DNA of 28,484 nt from Geosiphon pyriformis uo1 (lineage: Eukaryota > Fungi > Glomeromycota): the NCBI GenBank assembly GCA_016748015.1, contig JAAOMT010000489.1, forward strand, positions 1 to 28,484, written 5' to 3'. Made by a program: the position numbers and the translations under genes. The notes beneath the pieces were generated by a model. It was not told the origin of the DNA and did no database searches. It saw only the letters and a list, made by a program, of their open reading frames with translations. Positions within the stretch are counted from its first letter, which is position 1. Each line of letters opens with the position of its first letter. Below, piece by piece: positions 1 to 10,600 of the stretch.

Positions 1-340
1 ATTGAATGCAATTTATTTTGGCCATTTATATAGAGAGTCATTTATATATTTTAATAAAGCTAACTCATTTTGATTGCCTATATTATCGGCGTTTTAAGTA
101 ATATAACCATAATGTTGGTAAGATTTCCCATGTAATGAGGATTTAAGTTTAAATGCTACCTTTTATTTTTTATGCTTTTAGATAAGTGTGTAAAGAGATT
201 CACAATTTAAAGATGAATGTCATAAAAATATTTGAGACCTCCTATATATAGGCTATTGTGGGGTCGTGAGACATTACAAGGAATTTGATTCCGATCCTAC
301 TGAAACGATATTTGAATTTTCATCTCCAAATATTTCCTTT
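1..340 (+). repeat. Left arm of 340-bp terminal inverted repeat
   Basis: 1-340 (attgaatgcaatttattttggcc...tatttccttt) is the reverse complement of 28145-28484; no mismatch found by eye. Identity stops at 341 (g) vs 28144 (t). Confidence 0.97.
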
Positions 341-703
341 GCACAAAATCATTTTCTAATAGTCAAAAAAAAGAATTCTCTTGTGCATTTGATTTCGCCT
401 ATCACTACCGGTGTCTTAATAAAAAAAGAAAATGATTTCATAATTGGGTCCATCTTGATTTCAAATGTTTGCTAGCATATTAGAATCTGGTAAAAATGTT
501 AGCATACCGTTCAAGGGGAAACGATAAAATGAGAAGGTTATATCTTCATCTAACTAATACCGATGGATAAGTAAAAATTAATAGGACCGACGTTAAATGA
601 GGGTGATGGGATATTTATGACTGATGTAAAACCTAGAGAACAGGTCTCAATTGAGAGTAGTGGGGAAAAGAATGCTGGATTTGTGATATTTGATTTAGCT
701 TAA
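341..703 (+). pseudogene. Pirin/YhhW-like (quercetinase-type cupin) C-terminal half, frameshifted
   Basis: Stitching + frames gives TKSFSNSQKK/NSLVHLISP...VHLDF/MFASILESGKNV...RRLYLHLTNTDG*VKIN/...LNEGDGIFMTDVKPREQVSIESSGEKNAGFVIFDLA* (last block in frame 593-703). L-x-x-G-D-G...F-D-L-A-stop is the typical YhhW/pirin C-terminus. Recognised from family knowledge; needs several frameshifts. Confidence 0.65.
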
Positions 704-1739
704 TTTCAAGTTTAAAATAAAAAATAATAACATATTTAATAAAAACTCTTTTTAAGCAACTACAAAATTTTATTAATTAAATTTGTTATAGGGGTTTTCT
801 TAGCATAGATTTTGTTTTCTTAGTGATGAAAATAAATAGTTTTAAAAAAACTTTACTCTAAAGTTCTTTCCTTTAGATACTTACAAAAAAGATTTAGAAA
901 AATTCACAGCCATATCTGATGAAATATTTAGATATCTTGAGAAAATTTTAGTTTCTATTTTTGCTTTGCACATTTTCGAACTTAATTATTTTCATTATCT
1001 TTTTTGATCTAACAACTTTTATTTCCAATCAAATTACAGTGAAGTTGTAATATTTTTCATTCTCCTCCTTCATTCACTTGTCGTCCTTTCTATTTTGAGG
1101 GTTTCTTGGAATTTTTTATGCATAAATGGTTCAATATTTTCTTTTTTAAAGAATATTAAAAGCGTAATTGTTATCATTCAGCTTTAATAATTGTTATGTT
1201 TAGGACAAACCATTTTAGGTTGATTTAATATTTCTACTCTTTTCACTGAAATATGAGCCTAAAATAAAAACCAGCTATTATTCTTTAAAAAGATTTTTTT
1301 GTGTTTCCAATATACTAGCTAACAAGAAATGAAGTTTCAAGTCCATGAAAATTATAAAATGCATTACTAAAATATAGATTATAAATAAAATTGTACAAAT
1401 TTTCAGTATTATACAAGTTTTTTCTACTGTATTTAGTTAATGAACTCTATAAAATTAATACTCTAAATTGACTTGTACTTTCAAAGAACAAGACTTACCA
1501 TGTTTAATTCCCAAAAAAAAATTTTAATAATAAAAAACAAGTACCAAGTTATTTTGCTTAAAAAAATGCAAAGACAAATTTTTTATTATCAACCAATAAT
1601 AAAAATTATAATTTTTTTCCTTTTTTTATTTGTATTATTAACTAGCAATATACAAAAACATTATTAAATATATATAAAACTATAACTTCTATTGGAAAAA
1701 AAAGAAGCAAAAACAACAGAATCTTAAAAACATTTATTA

Positions 1740-2330
1740 ATTGTTTGAACTTTTATACTTTTTTAATTTTGGTTAGATTTAAAAAGATTCTATTATTTAT
1801 TACAAGATGTCTTAAAAACTGAATAAATTGTAATTCGAAAAATAATTTAAAAATAATCTTAAATTTGGTATTTTTAAGAAGATTAAAAACTTTTTAAAGA
1901 TGTTCTAAATATTTATCTTAAGTTTTTAAGTATATAATTATATTATTAAGGTATATAAAAATAAATTTTTGGTGTTTTAATCTAAATACTTTGTCTATTA
2001 ATTTTTAAAATATGAATAGAGCATTTGTTAATTCAAAGAACATAACTATAAATTTATAAGTTTTATATTTTATGATAAATATAATTTTTTTTTGTTAATA
2101 GAATTTATTTTTACTTGTTAAAATCCAGCAATTAAATCAATTGTTGTAAAATATACTAAGCTTTTAAACCAATTAAGAATATTATTAATTTTTAAAAATA
2201 GATATATGTCTTGTTTAATAATAGTATTTAATTGTTAACAATCTATATAAAACCATAGAGTTTTTTCTTTTTTGAATATTACTATAATAAAAATACTTAT
2301 TCACTTTTAATTTCTTATATAAATTCAAGT
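1740..2330 (-). pseudogene. pol: Gypsy-B reverse transcriptase remnant
   Basis: Minus strand: LWFYIDC*QLNTIIKQDIYLFLKINNIL...YFTTIDLIAGF*QV...YKFIVMFFELTNALFIF*KLIDKVF...IYLNNIIIY...LEHL*KVF...QFLRHLV. This matches canonical Gypsy RT (DLxxGFWQV, MPFGLxNAP, YLDD). YLNN at 1942-1953. Confidence 0.9.
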
Positions 2331-2974
2331 TTTTTTATTTGATCTATTTTTTTTGATAAATTTATTATTTTATTGATTTAATTAATAAGATTTTAAGTCA
2401 AATATTTTTGATTTTAATTATATATTAAATTAAATTTATTCAACCAAAACATTTTTTTTCTTTTAATATTACTGATTTATTTTGAATCAACAGATTTTTA
2501 ATATCGATTTTTCGATTATTTTTACTGAGTTTTTTTTGTTTGATTGTTAAAAATTAGATTTCAAATATTTTTTCTTAAATATTTTTTGTACAGCTTTAAT
2601 TTTTACATTTAAAAATTAGATTAATTGGTTTCCAATTCTCAAAAAAGATAAACATGATTTATATTTATTGTTTAAAGAATAAGAGAATAATTATATCAAT
2701 ATTAAACATATAAATAATATTATTAATAATTTTATTTTGTTTGTCTCAAAGTATTATCTAAACATCTTTCTAAATATATTGTAATATGGCCAATAGATAA
2801 ACTTTTTTTTAACTACCAAATTTTTGCTGTTTGTTTACATATTATTTAATTATTTTTTATTGTTACTAAAAGTATTAAATATTAATTTAGGTTTTTTTTC
2901 TTTTTTTTAAAATTATTAAAATCATTATTTTTATTATTTTGTTGCTATTATTATTAAATTACTGTAATAAAAAC

Positions 2975-3372
2975 AGTTTAATGTTGGCATTTAACTATAA
3001 ATTGTTTGTTTTTACTATAAAAAAATTTAAGTTTACAGAATTCATAATTAAAAAAAACTTTTGTCTTTTTTAACTATTTATTTTTAATAATTATAATATG
3101 ATATTTTGCTTTTAATATTTTTATATTAGGTTTAATACAAATTTCATTGATTTGGTTAAGAACAGCTTTAAAAATTCTTAGGCCTTTTTTTTATTGCTAT
3201 AAATATTAGTCATAAATTTAATCAATAATTTGTTAATTTTTCTTTTAATTATATTTAAAAAAGACTGAATTATAATATTAAATAAAAAATTACTATTTAA
3301 TATTAAGTTTATAAAATATTCAGCTACTTTAGTCTTACAAATAAGAGAAGTAATATTATTGCTAAAAGCCAA
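2975..3372 (-). pseudogene. Gypsy-B aspartic protease remnant
   Basis: ORF 3178..3372(-) ICKTKVAEYFINLILNSNFLFNII has a retropepsin-like hydrophobic-DSG signature eroded to NSN. It continues with IIIKNK*LKK (IIxGxxWL-like flap/C-terminal motif). Confidence 0.7.
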
Positions 3373-3421
3373 TATTATTTGTTAAGAATAATATTAATTT
3401 TAAGTTGTTTTTTTTAGATAT

Positions 3422-4210
3422 TGTTATTTGCATAAAAAAATCATAAAAATAATAATAATAATATAAATAGCCAATAACAAATTAAAAAATTCCCGAAATT
3501 CTAAAATTTTTAGAAATATTAGCAAAAATGCTAGAAATTTTAAGAATACAAAAAATTGTAAAAATTTCAAAAATTTTTGTACTATAAAGATTTATGTCTA
3601 TATAGCAAAAGTATTAAAAACCAAAAAAAAAGATATTAAGAAACCAAACAAGCTTACTTTAAAATCAGTCTAATATTTATTATCTTTTTAATTAAACTAT
3701 AATCAATTTAATAAAACATAAAATGATTAAAAATTTCATTAGTATTATTTATTAATAAATTTTGACTTATTTTATTGAAATTTAATATTTCAAATATTAG
3801 AATATTATTTACATTTAATTCAACTACTTAAAATACTATTAAAATAATAACTCTTAATTATGATTATTAATAGAATTCTAATTTTTATTTTATTTTTTCT
3901 TATTTTTATTATTATTAATTAATAAAAAAAGCATTAAAATTACAATATTAAAAACTACTTAATAAAAAATGCCAAAAAAAGTATAGATATAGTCATTAAA
4001 ACTAGAATTGTTTTAAAAAAAAATACAAATAGCAATATAAATTAGTTATTATACCAAAATATTTTAGATATTTTAGCAAACAGAATTATATTAAATTCTT
4101 GTTTATTATAAAAAACTCTATTATTAAAATCTTTAAATTATAATAACTACCAATTTGAATACCAAGTTATGAAACTCACAAATTTCAATTACAAAAATCT
4201 ACTCATAATA
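3422..4210 (+). repeat. Gypsy-A 5' LTR (~789 bp)
   Basis: Colinear diverged direct repeat of ~26178-26932 (e.g. aatcataaaaataataataat..tataaatagccaata; tatttattatctttttaattaaactataat). Ends atctactcataata vs atctacttgtaaca. Confidence 0.9.
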
Positions 4211-4228
4211 TTTAATGCTTTTTTTAAA
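4211..4228 (+). other. Possible eroded primer-binding site
   Basis: tttaatgcttt directly follows the 5' LTR; reversing G>A gives tt-TGG-tgcttt, the expected PBS start. tRNA identity cannot be assigned. Confidence 0.35.
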
Positions 4229-4239
4229 GTATAATCTAT

Positions 4240-5751
4240 AAAAAACAGAATACCAATTAATTATAAACCAGCAAGAATGACAGAATTAAAATTTAGAAAA
4301 ATTAATTATCTAAAATTAGCAAAATTATTATACAAACATTTTTTGGAAAATTTAAAATTAAGCCTTAATTATTTTTTAACAGAATTTCTATTTAATTTTT
4401 ATGTTAACAAAAAAATTTATTAACATAAAAACTATAAAAACTGACTTTTACAAAGCCATTAAAAAATATTTTAGTTACTATTAATTATATAATTTCACAA
4501 TTATATTTGCAAAAATTTATTTAATTATAAATATTTCAAAAAATATTTTTATTTATAACAAAAAATCTGTAATTCAGTTAAATATTAACTATGATTTTCA
4601 AAAAAATAGTTTCATTATTAAAACTGTTATAATATTATATATTTAATAATATTATTTAAATTTTACTAAAAACTGTATTTATATTTATACTTAAACAAAA
4701 ACTTATCTTTCAAAGTCATTCTAAAAACAGTTATCTACTAAGAAAATATAAAAAATATTTTAAAAAATTCTAATTAAAATTAGTCATATTAATATTATTA
4801 CAATTATTATTACTAAAATTAAATTTTATCTATAACAATAATTAAAAAGATATAAAATTAGAAAAAAAAATTAAGGTTAAAAAGCAAATAAAAAAAACTC
4901 AATTTTAAATTCAATTATATTTTAAACTTTAATATATTAAATCTTAAAATTTATTTAGACTTTAATATATTCAATTACCCTAGTAAATTTACTACTGACA
5001 ATAACTATTGGTTTAATATTTTTATTAAAACACTTATCTTTTTTATCAACAATAATAATGACTTATATACTGATTATTAAATTAAAAAAATTTACTGGCA
5101 AAGAAAATAAAATTTAAATATAATTAAATAATAATAAAAAAACTATTATTGTTAATAATTAGGATAATATCAAAACTTTTAGACAATTTCATACTTTTTT
5201 TAAGATATAATTAACTTATAAAATCTGTGTTATTTAACAACTTTAAAATAGCATTTTTATAATACTTATATAATTACAACAATATTATTTAGTTACAAAA
5301 GTAATTTAACATTATTAAAAAAAATACAGTAAAGCAATTATTACATATCTAAAATAATTTTATTATTATTTATGTTAAAATTAGATAATTAACATCTGCT
5401 ACTATATAGCATCACAAATTTTAAACCAACTTATTAAAAAATTATGCAGCAGTATTTTTTAATAAATATGTTTATTATATTTAACAGATTTCTAAACAGT
5501 AATTATATTGGCCCAAAATTTCAAATTAGTTAAACTTAAAACTAACTATAAATTTAATAATAAACAGATTATTTGAATTAAATACCAAATTAATACAACT
5601 TAATAATAATATTAATCAAAAAATATAAAAATATTTAATTAATAATTAAGTTATATATTAATTTTCATAATATTATGAAAATTAATAAAACAATAATTAT
5701 TTTTAAAACCAATTAATTATTATTATTATCAAATTAATGGTAAAAAAAAAC
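4240..5751 (+). pseudogene. gag: Gypsy-A gag, N-terminal/capsid part (before LINE-A)
   Basis: From 5058: MTYILIIKLKKFTGKENKI*I*LNNNKKTIIVNN*DNIK, an eroded 'KFTGEED...WL..VE..I.ANGWD' retrotransposon-gag start. Start coordinate approximate. Confidence 0.7.
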
Positions 5752-5901
5752 CCATGAATGTTAAAACTTCTTTCTTTCTTTCGTCCCAAATTTCCAAAAA
5801 AGAGTTAAAAGTTTTAGTGAAAGAAGTTTTTAGCCATTTAGTATAACAAATCCAAACCATTTTTTGATTTCGAGGCCACTATTGGCCCTACTATTGCTGT
5901 T

Positions 5902-7682
5902 ATGAAGAAGATTGCAAAAGATTCTGGTGCTGGTGGTAGTTTTAGATCTGTCCTATCAAGAAAAAAAAGAAAGGGTGGTGTTTTGGCTGAGAGTATTTTA
6001 GTAGAAGGGGGTGTTATTGAAACAACTGGAAATCACTCACAAAATTCTGAGACTGGTGATATTACCGAGTCTGAGAGTGTTGACATGGAGGAAGAGTGCC
6101 TTATTGAGAAGACCAGTATCAATTATAGTGAAAGGGATGTATTTGATAGTGGGGATCTCAACCAAACACCGAAAAGCTCAGATATCAAAATTAAGACCAA
6201 GAAAGTATTGGGCAAACCACTGGGCAAAATCAACTTTGAAGATGGTTTTGATAATAATGATTTTCTGGATGAGTCTGCCCTTTTTCCACCTCCTCTTCTG
6301 CTTAAACTTTCAGTTCATGTTTCTGTTCACAAATCCTTCACTTTGGATATCAATTTGGTGGCCATTGCTGGGAAATCCTCTCAGAAAAAATTGAATTTTA
6401 TTAAAAAAATTTTTTCAGATGTGAATAGTTTTGAGAGGGCTTTTACCTCCTCAAAATTTGGTGGGATAATTTGTGTGACTTTTACTTCTGAAATGGCGAT
6501 GATGGCTGTGGAAAAATTGGCTTATGATTGTGGTGTTGTGGTAAACACTGATCTTAAACATCTGGTAAACAATTGTACAAATCAAAATATTGATTAAGGA
6601 GATTCCTGTTGGTACATCGATTGAGGCAGTGCGCACAGCTGTTTTCGAATTTGGGGTTGTTGTGTTGATCAAAATGCAGTTAGTAGGGCTGTGGCAAAAA
6701 ACAATTGTCACTTTGAGAGATTCTGATTAGGCTGATTTGTTGGCATCTAAGTAGTCTATCCTTATCAAGAAAGATGCAGTCTGAGTGGCCAGAGCTGATG
6801 TGGATAAACAGACATGGAATTCCAAAGATGAGTTTAAGGTGTTGCTTTACACTTTTTTTGTGAAAACCAATACACATAATCTTTGAGATTTTATTGGTTC
6901 AGTGGGTGGGAAAACATGTGTCATCAAGTGCAATTCAGTTAACTACAGTTGGGCACACTGCACCACAGTGTGTTTTGAGTCTGAAAGCAATCTAAATTGG
7001 GCTCTGACTAACACTCCATTAGTTGCACCTGTTTGCTGCTTTGTGTTCTTCTTGCAATTTTCTTGGTCATACATCTAGGAATTGTAAATCAGCTGGTGTG
7101 TTTTCAAGTCCAAAAGGCAAGAGGGCTCCTCTCTCAGCTCAGGATCAGTTTAGATTGGTAAAGATTTATGAAAGAAAGTCTGCTCTTGTTTCTCATCTTT
7201 TGGCTTTTGGTGGGAAGACTTGGGCATTAATGGTTGGCTCTATTCTTTCAGGCACTTTTCTTGGATACAACTCTTAGCTTGGTTCCATTAGAAATGGTAA
7301 ACCTTTCTCTCCAGTGGTAAATGATTTGAAAAAATGTTTGGTTAGCATTGAAAGCAGTCTTGTCAGCCTTGTGAGACAAATTGGTGAGTTGGCTAAGAGG
7401 TTGGAATTATTCATGTCGGCAGTTTCCCAGTCTAGCTCTGGATGTCAGCTGCCAGTAACCCTCTCATTGCAGAATCAAGGGGAGGATATAGTGATGGGAG
7501 TGGGTTTGAGTAATGCCACTAGTAACAAGACTGCTGCTGTTTTGGGTTCAACTGCTTCATCTGAGATTGTGAAATTGGAAAACATGTTGGAAGGTCTCTT
7601 TGCTTTGGTCATGAGCCTATCAGCATGCTTGGATGGTTTGGCTTTGGCAGGTAGTGCTCCTTCTCTACCTCTTTCTTAATGA
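5902..7682 (+). pseudogene. LINE-A ORF1 (nucleic-acid chaperone): basic/acidic N-terminus, RRM-like middle, CCHC knuckle, C-terminal coiled coil
   Basis: ORF pieces 5902-6597, 7023-7277, 7314-7679 joined by stops/frameshifts. CSSCNFLGHTSRNC (CX2CX4HX4C) at 7044-7085; heptad-like LKKCLVSIESSLVSLVRQIGELAKRLE. Confidence 0.8.
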
Positions 7683-10600
7683 GTAGCCTGGTATAGAAAA
7701 TTGTCATGTGTAATGTTTGTGGGTTGAACAATCCTGTAAAGCAAGATGATATCATTTGTTGGCACAAAAATATGAACAATTTGGTTTTTATTTTTATGGA
7801 GTTGAAACTTAAAGGGAAAGTTCATCTATGGTTGACCAACAAATTTGATGGTGTTTGGGTTTTTACTTCTGGTCTAGATTTTGGTTCTTTGGGTGCTGAT
7901 GTGTTGATTGTCATAAATTCTTCTTTAGCAAAACACGTTTACAAGATCTCTAAGGTGCCTGGTTGGCTCCTATCCATCAAGTTGCTTTTCAAAAATAAAC
8001 TTTCAGTGTCTATTTTGGGGCTCTATGCTGGTGCTTCATCAGTGGTTCGGTTTTCTCAGACTGGTGAAATCAACTCTCTCATTGCTAAAGCCGTTAATGA
8101 GGCTTTTTTTGTTGTCTTTGATGGTGATTTTAATGAAGATAGTTCTCAAAAGTGTGCAAGTTTCAAAAAGTGCTTTGAGTTGAGATTGGTTAACTTTTTG
8201 ATTAAAAGCCTGGCCATTAAGATGCCCACTTGGGCAAATTTTAAGGGTGTCATGAAAACTATTGATTACGTGTTTGTTTCACTAAATCTGGTTAATTCTT
8301 TGGTACATCATGGTGTTTCAGATGTCAGTAAATATTTTAATGCAGACCACCAGGCTGTGTCTGTGTCTGTAGACCTGGACAGTTTATTAGATACACACTT
8401 GTTTTCTCTTCGCAAGCAGACAAATAAAGATCATTGGAAATTTGATGTCAAAAATGCCAGTAAGACTAAATGGCTTGAGTTTAAGAATGCTATGGCTGCT
8501 AATACTATTATGTTTTCAGGTGCATTTGGTGTTGCTGTGAAGTTTTCTGATCTTGGCACTATGTGGAACATCATTTGTAAGATCATGGTTCTCTCAGCTG
8601 GTGGTGCTTTCAAGAAAAGATGGTTCAAAGGTTTTGATATAATTTGCAATAAAGTGTTGTCTAGGTTTCATAAGCTGGAGCTGTTGGTTTCTAAGCTGGT
8701 GAAGGCTTCTCATTTGAGTTTTAGTGTTAGTTTTGCTTTGCTTTTGGGTACATAAAACAATCTTGACTCTGTTGGTGCTTTGACAGTAAGATCTATGTTT
8801 TTTTCTGGTGCTAAATTTGATGACATTCGTTCTGCTCTGGCCAAAGCAAAGAAGTTATACTGCTCTTCTAAATTGCTGGAGTCCAAGCACGCTGAAGAAT
8901 CTCACATTAGACAGGTTATTACCAATAGGATGGAGAGTTTTGAACTGAATAAGAGTCGTACAATCAGAAGTGTGTTAGAATGTCCCTTTCGCAAAGTGGT
9001 TTTGGATCATCTGGTTGTGGACAATGAGTTAGTTCTTGAACCTGATTTGGTTAGGTCCAAGGTAGATGCTATCATAGAAGAATAGGAAGTATGTGGTGGT
9101 TGATAATATTTCTGATACTTGGTCTTATCAATACCAACCTTTGGACTATGTCTTTGATGATGCTTTTTCTGGGGTGATGAGTAAAATTGATTTTGATAAG
9201 TTGCATTATGTGATAACCAATCTTCCAGATAGAAAAGCTGCTGGTCTCTTGGGCATCTCTAATAAGCTTTAGAAATGTTGCAATAAGTTGGTTTTGGGTT
9301 TGCTTTTGGTTTTTTTGAATTCTTGTTTGTCTTGTGAGTTGGTGTCTGGTCCTTGGAAGAAAGCTTGGGTTTCAATAATTCCCAAACCTTATGAGTGGAA
9401 GGGTGTTCTCATGAATACTCGTCCTATTGCCTTGATCAAAACAGCTCACAAGATTCTTTTAGATAAGATCTCACTGGCTTACAGCTCATATGATGTTCTG
9501 TGTAGTGACAATTTTTCAGTTCTAAAGGGTACAACAACTCAGTCTCTTATTTTTGCGGTTGGCTTGGTAATTGAGGATGCTTTGGAAAAAAACTGGGAAC
9601 TTTGGCTTGTTCTACAGAACATGTGGAAGGCATATGATTCAGTTGGCTGGGAGCATTTTAAGAAGAGCTTGGTCAGAATCAAAATGTGTAGTAAATTTGT
9701 TTGCTTTTTTGGTAGTATTTATAGGGACCAAACCAACTGTGTCATGACAGATTTTGGTTTAATAGATGATTACCGGGTGTTTGATGGATTGGACCAAGGT
9801 GAAGTTTTTTCCTCTCTGCTGTGGCGCATATTTTATGATTCTCTTTTGTGTGAAGTCAAGCATCAAGAGAGTGTGTATAGTTATAGGCTCAATTCTTATT
9901 TTGTTTTTGGGAGTGGTCACACTGAGTCTCAGACTGGGTTTTCTACTTTTCTTGCTGCTGGTGCTTTTGTTGATGATACTATTTGGGTTGGTAGCAGTCA
10001 GACTGCTACTCAGCATATTCTTATTGTTGCTAGTGAATTTTTTTGAGTCAATAATATTTCAATTAATAATGACAAAACTGTGGTCATTTCAATCAACAGC
10101 AGGATCAGTGTTTCATCTCTTTTTATTAGTGGTTTGCCTATTTCTGTTGCCCATAGAGGGGAACCTTATTAGTATCTCAGTATTTTTTGTCAACTAAGGG
10201 TTTTTCAAGGCCTAACTTGGCTAAAGCACATTCAGACGTTCATTTTTTTACTAATTTAGTTTTAAAGAAGGCAGTTTCGGATAAGCAGTTCTTGTATCTG
10301 GTGTTAGCAGTTCTCCATCTCATAATTGGCTACAGAATGCAGTTCAGCAATATTTCTGTTGGTGTGTGCGATAAATGGGATGCTTTGATTTGCAAGGCTT
10401 GAAGCTAAAAGCTGGTCTCCCAATGAACTTTTCTAGTGATACTATTTACTATCTCTCTTTTTATGGTTTAAAATCATTTTTACAGTGTTAATCTGAGAGT
10501 AAAGTAGCTTCGCTTATTAGTTTTGCAAACTCTGATGGGATCTTGGGGTGTCTGTTTAGTTACAGGTTACATGACTTACAAGTTCTGTATTGGTAGTCCA

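Larger units (their letters stand above)
1700..3421 (-). mobile_element. Gypsy-B: degenerate Ty3/Gypsy retrotransposon, protease-RT part (split by Gypsy-A; truncated after RT)
   Basis: Minus-strand translation gives an eroded protease (FINLILNSN, from LILDSG, 3289-3297) followed by eroded Gypsy RT. Left boundary approximate. Confidence 0.85.

Noticed and set aside
266-475. 69-aa ORF as a real gene
   Set aside because: It crosses the TIR boundary: antisense TIR sequence fused to a short in-frame piece of the pirin-like fragment.
1473-1667. Short AT-rich ORF (also 14336-14518 and 18334-18516)
   Set aside because: Low-complexity K/I/N/F/L chance ORFs or fragments of eroded elements; not independent genes.
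1192-1700. Gypsy-B 3' LTR (TGTTA at 1192 = TAACA on minus)
   Set aside because: No matching partner LTR or convincing TSD found near 27300-27720; cannot be supported.
3480-3560. CRISPR-like or telomeric array
   Set aside because: Short degenerate LTR subrepeats without unique spacers; no cas genes; no tRNA/rRNA recognised anywhere in the window.
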